NCBI RefSeq assembly: GCF_009914755.1
Contig: NC_060935.1
Direction: 5' to 3' (one strand)
Origin: the human T2T-CHM13v2.0 reference genome, Homo sapiens
Length of the DNA: 64,000 nt
Shown here one piece after another: positions 31,521 through 55,783 of the stretch. A program made the position numbers and the translations under genes. The number at the start of each line of letters is the position of its first letter. Position 1 is the first letter of the stretch. The notes beneath the pieces are model-generated. The model was not told the DNA's origin and ran no database searches. It was given only the letters and a program-made list of their open reading frames with translations.

Positions 31521-32509
31521 AAAGTTGACTATTTTAATGGCTTTTTAATTAAGGGAATGTGGGGTAAACTCCAGCAGGTCTCCCAGGTTCTTAAGAGTCA
31601 GAGGGTTTGTGAAGATCATCTGTCCTCACCAACAGTCCCAACTGTCTTAATGTCTTTGCTGGAACCATGCAGGATGTTGATTAAGTGTTCCTGGTATACC
31701 TGTGGGAAAACAAAAAACATAACCGGGAGCAGCCAGTACCTGCTTCCGATTTGCAAAAACTTAAAATCCCAGTTGTTAATGGAAATCGGGCTTACTTATG
31801 GCCACACTGTGTTTCTTGAACAAGAACCAAAATCTGTGGTCTCTATGATTAATATTTCTGGTAGGAACTGAGACTGGGCTTCAGTTTTTAGATCAGCTTT
31901 CACCCCACTCCCTGGCCAACGCCCCACCCCTGCAGCCAGATCTCTGCACCTGCTCTGCTCCTCCCCAGGAGAAAAGGGCACCGGCTTCCCAGACACCCAG
32001 CTAGTGCTGGGTAGCAAGGTTCTCTCCCTCCTCTTAGACTGGTCTTGTACCCGACGTCGTTGGCCTCTGCGCTCAGTGGGGCTGGGCAGCATCAGCAGTG
32101 CCGCTTGGTGTTTCCTTCATACCAGTGTTAGAGATGGAGCACTTAGGGCAGGGAGAAAGCCCCATTGGTCTATGAATGCAGAGTTTAGTAAGAGATAAAG
32201 GGATCACTCTAAGTAGGGGTCATTTATGCAGATGTACATTTTGAAATTGTTACTGTACCATTTGGTGCTTGGTATTTCGGAGTAGTGTTCCAGAGTCTCC
32301 CGGGGCTCTTTGGGAGCTGGGGAGAGCCACCACTGGGTGACACTTGGATCTCTCTGGCTCCATCCCGCCCACTCAGGCAGCTCCCCTCAGGTCCCTCCGT
32401 AGGCACTGCTGTAGGTGTGAAGATGTGTGTCTACTTGTGCCCTCATGTGATGTTCTAAGACTAACTGCACGCTGTGTTTGCACGCTTCCTCTCGTGGCTG
32501 TTGAAACAG

Positions 32510-32568
32510 GCAATGTATCAGGAACACAGAGGTTGGATTCTGCTACAGTCAGGACTTACTCCTGCTAA
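32510..32568 (+). CDS. PPFIA1: PPFIA1 last coding exon, GNVSGTQRLDSATVRTYSC* (exon runs to 32580)
   Basis: acag acceptor; C-terminal VRTYSC PDZ-binding motif typical of liprin-alpha; TAA at 32566-32568; donor gtgagt at 32581. Confidence 0.96.
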
Positions 32569-33424
32569 AGTCTCCTGTTGGTGAGTAGAGAGCACCACAA
32601 CCCCTAGAGATGGCTCAGAGGCACAGCAGGAGTCATCGGAGCTGCAGTGCCAGACTAGGGGTGTGGACCATGAAAGCCAGTGCAGTTTTTGGGGAATTTA
32701 AAATATATATAGACACAAGCTCTCCGTACCCATTAAGATCATTTTGTTGTTACAATTGATCATAAAGAGGTTAGTGTGTCCTCTTTTTTTAAGGAAAAAA
32801 ATGTATTTTCACCTTTTCCTTAAACCTGAAAATGCTGACTCATTTTAATTGTCTGTGGATGTCATGGGGGTGGAGTGGGGAGGAGAGCAGAGCATGGCAG
32901 AGAGCGTCAGGGGAGAGTCTCTCCTCCTGACGTCGTTATGCACATTGCTGTGATTCCTAAGCTTGCTTTGTTTTAAATACACATTCTTGAATGAAACAAG
33001 CCCAAAGTTTTGTGGTTAATTATATATTATACTAAGTGTGACACTAATAGCCTTTCAGTTTGGAGAGACTGGTTCTTAAAACTGCGGACTCTGGCTGGTG
33101 AGTGGCCCGCCCTCTCCTTGCTGTTCTAAGCAATTTTAAGGTCTCCGTTGGAATATTTGACTGGTTTGTTCATCTTTTATTTGTAATTGGTAACATGGAG
33201 ACGTAAGCCAAAATGAAGTCAGCCAAGGAGCTGTCTCATTGATGTGCATAGCCCTTGATGTTCTAGCCAGTGATTCTCAGAGCAGCTACGGCACAGAAAG
33301 TGAGGGGTCCTGGAGGGGAGGGGTCAGTGTCGGGGGGACGTTTGGGCCCCAGCATCAGAAGTTCCCGTTCGTCAGTATGGCCCGGCCTGTACTGAGTGGT
33401 TTTTTGTTTGTGTTTATTTTCCAG

Positions 33425-34812
33425 TTTACCCACACTACTTCTACAGATGATTATGCAGCATTTGAATCCAACAAAGACTACATTTTGGAATCCAGTGGAA
33501 TCTTTAATCTTGTTAATACTTGTTATATGGACCCTAAGATATTTTATTACAGAGTTTTTAATTAGTGAAAAATTCATGAATACCATAGAGAAAATATTTT
33601 AGAATTTAATGTTTCTTATATTTATGTAAACTTATGACTCTTCATTTATATAGTTACTTACTTTTTCATGTATATCCAGGCTATAAATATCCTTTCAAAT
33701 CATGTTCTTATACCTAATTTTAGTCTTTCAAATGAATGTACTGTAATGCTTGTATGTATAAATCCTATGAATAGAGGGCTTTTGTAAATTATGCATTTAT
33801 TGTAATTATCATTAATTTTTTAATGATAAACCATGACAAAGGATTTTACGTTTATAAAATTATGACAGAAGCCATGTGCATTATCCTTTACGGACGCAGC
33901 CTAGCTCTACAGCAATCATCCTGAAATAAGCATACCTAATTTCAAGCAATTGTTGTATTTTCATGACTGACCTTAACTGTACTTTTTCTAGCAAGAGATG
34001 CTTTATTCTGCAGCATGAACAGATTTAAAATGGCTGGTGTTAAATATCAGCTCCTAATAAGATGTGGACTGAAAACACTATCACAACACTATGAGAAGCC
34101 CCTAGCACTGGTTAACGCTTTCCTAGCCTAGTCTCTGGATTTGGGGAGCTTGTCTTCAGTGGCTGAGACTGTGAGCTGGGAGCAGTTCTCTCAGCTGGAG
34201 AGACTCGGGATGGGGTAACCTGGGGACCAGTCTAGCCCCTGCACCCTCTTCCCTGCCTCTGCTCCTTGGGAGCGGGTGGAGAGACACCCATGTGGCTCCC
34301 CTTAGGGCCAGCACCAAGCACCACGCTCTCATCCTGCAAGTCGGCGCACACAGTGGATGAAGGCAGGAGACCCAGAAAGCAGTGCAGTGCAGCTCTAATA
34401 AAGGCCTTATTTTTCTTATGTAAATCATCTTTTTACATTTGTTTGTAAACATGTTTAAAGAACGAACCTAGTGGGACATTTTTAGACTTTGATGCTCTAG
34501 CCATTTTGGATTGTGTAAGTTGCAGATGTGGCTTTTACTTTTTAAATGGCATATTAACAAGCCAGCAAAGTGTGTCAGACCATGGCGTGGTATTTATTGT
34601 GCAGCAGATCCAGAGACAGAGGCAGCCTGTCTTTTCAGTTGGTTTCTGCTTTTAATTTACTTGTACAATTCATTGTTACTGTTCTGTTTTTCTATTAATC
34701 TTTTGTCAACTTCCTGATTATGTAACAAAGTATGTACAGTCTACTTTTGAACTATTTTTATCACAGTATTATTTATTGCTTTCTTTCAATAAAGTACTGA
34801 AGCATTTTCCAC
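33425..34812 (+). other. PPFIA1: PPFIA1 terminal non-coding 3' UTR exon
   Basis: ttttccag acceptor at 33424; AU-rich sequence with no obvious interspersed repeats; AATAAA at 34397, 34788 and 34902. The 3' end is approximate. Confidence 0.8.
34788..34793 (+). terminator. Polyadenylation signal (probable major distal PPFIA1 site; alternatives at 34397 and 34902)
   Basis: AATAAA preceded by U-rich sequence and TGTA motifs. Confidence 0.7.
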
Positions 34813-35837
34813 TGCCAATGAAGAATACTGAGAATAAGCTCTAACTGTTTTGGAAGGCAGTGTCACCATATGGAAATTGTATTACAGAAGTCAATTGACA
34901 GAATAAAGCAGCCAGGAGATGAAGTGCAGGTTCAGGGCGTCATCCTGCCCGCTGCTCTGGAGGTCCCGAGCCTGCATCACTGCAGGAGACAGGTGCCTGG
35001 TGTTAAATTGTTAAATGCAAATGTGGGGGCTCACATACACAGTCGGTGGGTAGGGCCCAAAGGCAGAGCCTAGGCCGTGGACCGCGCGCATGCACGCATG
35101 TCCCTTAACACCGTTTCCCAGCTCTGCTTCCTTCCTCGGTGCTGGCTTCACACTCCCACCTGCTCTCCCTGCCTGCTCACAAAGGTGGCTCCCAGGCCTG
35201 CACCCTTCCACACTGATGGCCTCTGGAAATCAGGAAGCCTGGTTCCCTAATAGCTCACATCCGGTCCTGAGTTGTGAAGCAGCCCAGGGTGGCAGAGGGG
35301 AGGCGACACGCTGACAGGCTGGGGGAGTCAAGCAGGGCCCACCCATGGAAGTTGGTGAGCTGAGGCTGAAGGGCTGGAAGCTGATGCCCAAGAGGAAAGC
35401 CAGACACCAGCAAGTGTCCCTTCCCCTCCTCCCACCTCAGTGTTGCCATTGAGCCTGGGATTCGCAGAGCCCATGGCCACCACCACCCCACCTGGAGCAG
35501 GCATCAGCGGCCACTGCCGACGTCACCTTGGTCTCCGTTTCCTCATTCTGTCTCCGTTGCTGACACCTCGTCTGAGTGGCACGTGCTGTCACGTGGGTCA
35601 GTGTGTCCTGGGACGTTTCTCTCAGGCAGCCATCGGGTGTTCAGTGCTTTCCTGTTTCGAACCTGTGTTTGCTGATCTTCCTGCTTAATGTAGGGAAAGC
35701 CTTGTTTTCTGTACTTTCTAGTTCTTGAGGTTAACTTCAGTGTGAGCTTTAAAACATAATGTAGTGCCTCCCTGCTTTTTTCCATTTAATAGTCCCTTTT
35801 GGCTGAACAAAGCCAAAGGCATGCGTCGAGTATCTTA

Positions 35838-40345
<4,508 letters not shown>

Positions 40346-40375
40346 ATGTTAGACTTGATGAAACACATACAGTAT

Positions 40376-42175
<1,800 letters not shown>

Positions 42176-42177
42176 TA

Positions 42178-42828
42178 TGTAAACCAAAAGTGACTCTTAA
42201 GCACCCCCAACCAACTGAATAGACCCTTCCCCCTTGGCCAAGAGGATGCCAAAGAAACCTGAAAAACTGGCCAGGCACAGTGGCTCACACCTGTAATCCC
42301 AGCACTTTGGGAGGCTGAGGCAGGTGGATCACGAGGTCAGGAGTTTGAGACCAACCTGACCAACAGGGTGAAACCCCGTCTCTACTAAAAATACAAAACT
42401 TAGCCGGGCATGGTGGCACAGGCCTGTAATCCCATCTGCTCAGGAGGCTGAGGCAGAGAATTGCTTGAACCTGGGAGGTGGAGGTTGCAGTGAGTCGAGA
42501 TCATGCCACTGCACTCCAGCGTGGGCAACAGAGTGAGATTCTGTCTCAAAAAAAAAAAAAAAAGAAAAGAAAATCTGAGTCCACCTATGCCCTGTAAGCC
42601 CCCGCTTTGAGTTGTCGCGCCTTTCCAGATGGAACCAATGTATACCTCACATGCACTGATTGATGTCTTATGTCTCCTTAAAATATATAAACCAAAGCTG
42701 TAACCCAACCACCTTGGGCCCATGTTCTCAGGACCTCCTGAGGCTGCCTCATGGGTCATGGCCCTTGCATTTAGCTCAGAATAAATCTCTTTTAATACTT
42801 TCCAGAGTTTGGCATTTTTTTGTCAATA
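42178..42828 (+). mobile_element. MER4-family LTR interrupted by an Alu (42270-42572)
   Basis: tgtaaaccaaaa...cccccaaccaactgaatagaccc start; gctcagaataaatctc...ttttttgtcaa end. Confidence 0.72.
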
Positions 42829-43014
42829 TGTATATGAAATATACCCTTAGGTTTTCTGTCTAATATGTTCTATGCTGTCCCCTGCTCCCACCCCACGATC
42901 ATCTGCTATATTTTCTTATCCGTTGCTGTTTAAAGACCCACCCCAAAATGTAACAGTAAAAAACAACCAAGATTTATTGCTTCTTTTGATTCAGTGGGTT
43001 GGCAATCTCGGTGA

Positions 43015-43880
<866 letters not shown>

Positions 43881-44255
43881 TGGCTTTCTTATTTAGTATT
43901 CATTTTTACAATCCCTTTGGAACTTACATTCTAGGTTCATTTTAATTAGGAAATGTTTCATTTTCTCTCTTCCTCACTGTGTGTGACGCTGTCTGTCTCC
44001 CTGTTCTGCAGTTGCCTCAACCTCTCTGTATTAGGGTGGGCTAAACATCTGGAACAAATGGACTCCAAACGCAATATCTTAAACACAACAGGATTTTCTT
44101 TTGCTTTCACGTAACAGGGCAGGGTGTATGTCCAGGTCAGGCAGAGGAGGAGAAAGGGATAGTAAGGAAGATCTGTTCCACGCAGTCTTGGAGGGATGCA
44201 GGCTGGTGGGCTCTGCCATCCTCAAAACAGGGCTTCCAAGGTTGTACCTGTCACC

Positions 44256-44680
44256 TGTAGTAGGCTGAATAATGGCCTCCAAATATGTCTGCATCCTAAT
44301 AGTCAGAACATGTGATGTTGCTTTACATGGCAAAAAGGAGTTAGCAGATGTCATGACATTAAGGATCTTGAGATGGGAGGATATTCTGGGTGGGTCTGAA
44401 ATGGGATCCCAAATGTTCTTGTAATAGGGAGGCAAAGAGACATATCCGTACAGAGAGAAAACAGGTGTGAAGATGAATGCATGGGTCTGAGGGATGCAAG
44501 AAGCTAGAAAGGCCACAGATGGTTCCTCCCCTAGAGTCTCCAAAAGGAACAAGCCCCACTGACACCTTGACTTTAGCCCATGAAACTGATTTCAGACTCT
44601 GGCTTCCAGAGCTGAAGAGCATATATTTGCATTGTTTTGAGGCACTGAGTCTGTCATAATGTGTTGCAGCAGCCTAGGAA
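44256..44680 (+). mobile_element. MLT1C/D-like MaLR LTR
   Basis: tgtagtaggctgaataatggcc...gacaccttgactttagccc...ttcagactctggcttccaga. Confidence 0.75.
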
Positions 44681-45049
44681 GCTGGTCCACGGTAGGAGGC
44701 AGCCCCGGGGAGGAATGATGGTCCAGGCTCAGAAGCCATGCATGTCACCTCCCCTCATGTTCCATGGGCGAGAACCTGGCCACATGGCAGCTCCCAACTC
44801 CAAGGGAAGCTGGGAAATGTAGTAGAGCTGGACACCCACATGTCCACTTAGTACCGAGGAGGGTGGGGGCGCTGGGTGGACAGCTACATCTCCGTCACAC
44901 GTGTTGTATTGAGTCCTACAGCCCTGCGTGGTGGTGCAAATGCCCCAGGTCCCATCTGCACTCTAAGTCAGGGACTGGTTTGCTCAGGTCCTGGACATAA
45001 GGCTGTCTGGACATCCCTCTTTGGCTGCATGGGTTTTTAAAATTTTTCT

Positions 45050-47582
<2,533 letters not shown>

Positions 47583-48539
47583 AATTCTTTAAACAATTTG
47601 TAACAACTTATGATGTATTCATTATCGAGTTAAATAAAATATTTGACGTGTTCATTTTATATGTGTATGAAGGTCATGATTTTACCTTTAAAAAAATGGT
47701 CAACACCTGACATTTCCTTCCGCCACCCGCACTTCCAATTCATCCTCACATCTGACAGTTTAGCTTTCTAAATGCCTCTTGCATCTATCCACTTCTCCCC
47801 ATCTTACCTGCCACCAGCGGTCTGCCCGAATTGGCTACATTAGGCTCTACCTGGCCCTTCTCCCATCCATCTTCCACACAGCAGCCAGAGTGATCTCATT
47901 ACAATTCAAACTTCATTATGTCTTATTTATTTATTTAGCGATGGCGGGCGGGGGCGAGGGTCTCACTATGCTGACCAGGCTGGTCTCGAACTCCTGGCCT
48001 TAGGCGATCCTCCCATGTCAGCCTCCCAAAGTGTTATGATTACAGGCGTGGGCCACTGCGCCTGGCCCAAACTTCATGATGTCTCTTATCAGCTTAACTT
48101 CCTCCGAGGACTTCCCGTGTCTCCCAGAATAAAGACCGAGGTCTTCGCTGTGCTCTATCGGCCTCTGCATGACCTGGCCCCTCTCACAACACAGCTCCGC
48201 TGCACCACTAGCCCTCTACCATGCTGAGCTGAGCCTCCTCCAGTTCCCCTGCTGCAAGACCGTTCCTGCCTTGGGACCTCTGTTGGCCCTGCTGTTGGAA
48301 CCTGCTGTTGGCCTGCCTGGAAAATTCTTCCCTCCTTACCTTGTTTACTCTTATAGGGCCTTCACATCTTGGCTAACATGTGAATCGCCCAAAGAAACCT
48401 CTGGTCTCCCAGGGGTTCAGGTCCTACCGTCTCCCCAATACGATGTTATGAAACTCTCACTTCTTGGCATTTATCTCATTTCCCAGGTGAGTACCCATGT
48501 GGTTTAACGCTTGACTCACCTTCTAGGCTGCTATGTCCC

Positions 48540-49960
48540 TGTGGCCGGGGCTCGCGTCCCTGGCACGCATGTGGCCCTTTCTTGGAGGGGAGGTGCATGG
48601 TGAGCGGACGAGGACGGCTGAGGGCGCGCGCGGAGGGAGGATGGAGAGATGAAGAGGCTCCCCGCTCCCGGACTCAGGGCACGTGCGTCTCCTCGGCTGG
48701 CTTCCTTCCCCCGGCCCCGGGCAGCGCCGCGGATCCTGAGACCCCGCCGCGGGCTGTGTGCTGCTCAGCGCCCATCCTCTGCGCGCGCAACGCTACTTCC
48801 GGGCGAGCTCTGCAGACTCGCCACAGGCCGGGATAGCGCTTAGCCAGCTGCGGGCGGACCCCCGGGACTCTTGCGGGCCAAGACGCGGGAGGAGGCGGGG
48901 CAGGGGGCGGGGTCGCGCGGGGACCCGGATGCGGCCCCGCCCCCGCCCTCGGAACCGGAAGTAGAGCCTGGTGCCTGGGAGCGGCTGGCGCGGCGGAATC
49001 CAGGGCCGACCCGGGCCGGACCGACCCCAGGCGGCGGTGAGCGAGCGCGGCGTCCGCCCGGGGTGCAGGCCGGGCTCTGCTTCTTCCCTCCTGTGGCGTC
49101 GCCTGGCCGCGAAAGGGGAAGGAAGCGGCGGCCGCAGCGGTCTCACCGCTCTTCCGCTTGCGGTTTCGGGGGCCGGGGCAGAGTGGCGAGGCTTTCCCGG
49201 CCTGGGGCGGGGCAGGGCGAGGGCCGGGGGTCCGCGAGGGCCACGAGGACGGGTCTGGGCCCAAGGAGGCCGGGCAGGGGGCAAGGGGGCACGGAGGGCT
49301 TGGGGCTGGGGTCCGCGGAGGAAGGTTAGAAAGGGGCCAAATTGGGGTATCAGCTCTGAGGGGAGGGTCCCTGGGCGCCGGGGGGCTCCAGGGCAGGAGA
49401 GGGGCCAGGCTGGGAGGGGTCTTGGGTCCGAGGGAATAGGAGAGGGGGATGGGCTCCGAGGGGGAGGGTATTAGGGCCCGAGGGAGAGGGGCTGGGCCTG
49501 TGGGGTTCGGGGGTCTGAGCGGAGGGGGCCGGGGTTCGAGGGGCCAAGGAAGGTGGGTGTGGGGGGTCTCAAGGAAAGGGCGAGGGGTCTGAGAGGGAGG
49601 TGTCTGGGTGCAGAGGGAAAGGGATGAGGTCCGAGGGGAGGAGATTGGGGTCTGACGGGAAGGGGTCCAGGCGCAGAGCTACTGGGATGGGGTCCGAGGG
49701 AAGGGAATTGGGGTTCGAGGGGAAGGGGTCGGGGCTCGGAGGAAAGGTATAGGGTCCGAGGGGAGGGGATTGGGGCTCCAGGGGAAGGGATCCAGGCGCA
49801 GGGAAAAGGGATGGGGTCCGCGGGGTCAAGGCGGTTGGGGTGCGCGACTTTGAGGGGCTCGCTGTGGGACGTGGCGGAGCAGCTGGGGATCCGCCCGGCC
49901 TGCACCTGAGCGGAGGTTTTGCAATCAGGTCAGTGGAGGCAGCGAGGCGCGGCTGCAGCT
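48540..49960. promoter_or_regulatory. CTTN: CpG island and TATA-less promoter of CTTN (GC boxes, ETS CCGGAAGT, NRF1-like TGCGCGCGCA)
   Basis: High GC and CpG density; GGGGCGGGG at 48904-48912; CCGGAAGT at 48955-48962; ACTTCCGG at 48795-48802. Confidence 0.92.
48960..49036 (+). other. CTTN: CTTN exon 1 (5' UTR; start approximate)
   Basis: Donor GCG|gtgagc at 49037 immediately downstream of the promoter motifs. Confidence 0.75.
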
Positions 49961-50606
49961 AGTCGTGAGGCTCTAAATTTGGAACCGTCCCTCCTTCGGG
50001 GTGTGTTTAAAATCACCAGAACGGTGCTTTGGGGCTTTCTGTTACGTTTCCATCACCTGGATAGTCTAAGGGATGCCTGATCCCTGAAGCTGGAAGGCCT
50101 TGGGTGAGAAGGGACAGGGCTTCCTCCCGCTGGAATCTGTGGACGTTTGGGGCCCCTTGGGGAGGAATTCATTTTCTGCTGAAGGAAGCTCCGGAGGCAT
50201 CCGGTGAGCGCTCCCTGGAATCCCATGCGCTCCCTTTGGGCTCAGTGTTGACTTGGCTGCGCAGGCTCTGTCGGGGGGACTTCACCCACTAGGTCCTTCA
50301 GGCATGATCCAGCCCTCAAGCCCGGCCGGGCCCAAGGCCGTGGCGCAGGAGGGGCTGGCCGCCTGCCCCTGTCTCCATTCACGTGTTTGACCGTGTGGGT
50401 GAGTCACTGGCTCCAGAGCACTGAGTCAGTCCTGTTTCTCCTCTGGTTAGAGAAGTATTCGCCAGATACTCAAGGAACAAGGAAGAGTCTTTTAAGTGGG
50501 ACTCAATAAAAAGTTGGGGAGGCAGGGTTGTTTTGATATTAGGTCCCCTAGAACTAGAAGCTAACCTTCTGCTATATCTTACTGAAAAGAAATTTCTTTT
50601 GACCTG

Positions 50607-52590
<1,984 letters not shown>

Positions 52591-52729
52591 ATTGTGTAGA
52601 GGAATTTTTCACTCTGTCTAGACAGCAAGATTACTTCACGTTTGTGCAATCTTGATTTGTACACTGACGTTTGCAAGGAAGGTTTAATGTTGAGGATGGA
52701 CAGAGTCATTATCTTCTTTTGAACCGTAT

Positions 52730-54145
<1,416 letters not shown>

Positions 54146-55142
54146 TCTAGAGGCTTTTTATCTTTGGATCCACAAAACAATCAAACTTATTTCCTATTGG
54201 TTATTTTTGTGATTGTTTTTTAAATTTCCAATATTGAGAGTATAAAATTGTGGATCTGAGCCTATCCTTAGCTGCTCATGAGTAGATTTTTATTATTTAC
54301 TTTATGATTGATTTATGTATGAGACAGGGTCTCTCTCTGTCTCCCAGGCTGGGGTGCAGTGGTGTGATCATGGCTCACTGCAACCTTGAGCTCCTGGGCT
54401 CAAGCAGTTCCCCCACCTCAGCCTCCTGAGTAGCTGGGACTACAGGTATACACGACCATGCCTGGCTAAATTTTTAGGCAGAGTTGTATAGATGCTTGCC
54501 GATTACACTAATAACTGCAGTAACCAGAATGTAGCAAGCAATCTGTAGAAGTTAGGATTGCCGAAGGGAACTGGGGAGAGAGATGGAGCAAACAGTTGGG
54601 TCAGAAACCAGATAGGAAATTAATTAATTACCAGGAGGGCCAGCCAGGCACCATCCCCTAGTTCCTAATGCGTGAGAAACCACTCTGCCTGTGACCGGCT
54701 TGTTCCTAGGGACAAGGGGATTTCATTCGTCCATGTGTGTTGTCTAGCAGTATGGTGTCCAGTTGAGGCTGATGTGTGGTCCTAGGGAAGGGGTCGTGTG
54801 CTTGGCCACCCTCTGGGGAGCTGGAGTCTTGCTCCCTGCGCGGTAACCGTGTACGTTCATTAGGAATGCAGCCCGCCTCCTCCTCGGCTCTCCAGCTGCC
54901 AGTCTCATGTCTTGATAGACAGTCACCATACTGGTTTTTCCTCCCGGCCATATCATGATCCTCTCAAGGAGTGTTTTTCTTATATTATTGTTTTAAAAAG
55001 CTCACAGTAACAATTTTATTTTATAATGTCATTAATTAGAATGAATAAAAAGTGAAAATCTCTAAGAATTATGGCAAACAGTAAATGCATACTAGCAATT
55101 AAGGCAATAATTTCTGTTTGCATTCATAAGAAACATCATGTA

Positions 55143-55475
<333 letters not shown>

Positions 55476-55686
55476 TTAAAACTTATTTCTTTAGTTTCTC
55501 TCTGTTGAACTTTTTTATTAGTAAAATGCAAGTCTTCCCATCCTCCTCTCAGATTTCATTACAAAACCTTGTTACGTTTGGGAAGATTTCTGAAGTTTTC
55601 TAAAAAGATCTCCACACAGAAGGGTTTGCCCAGGGAGCTGCTCAACATACATCCTTCTCAGCTTTTTACCCTTAATCTTTTTACAG

Positions 55687-55783
55687 ACGGAATCAGTCCC
55701 CAATGCCTGGAAATTCCTCATTGGATTACTGTGTTTTAAACAGAATTTCGTGAACAGCCTTTTATCTCCAAGCGGAAAGAAAG
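55687..55783 (+). other. CTTN: CTTN exon 2 (5' UTR, 97 nt)
   Basis: tttttacag acceptor and AAG|gtactt donor; supplies the -3 A Kozak context for the start ATG. Confidence 0.85.

Noticed and set aside
48582-49905. Overlapping Pro/Arg/Gly-rich ORFs of 140-196 aa
   Set aside because: Expected in a GC-rich CpG island depleted of stop codons; no recognisable protein.
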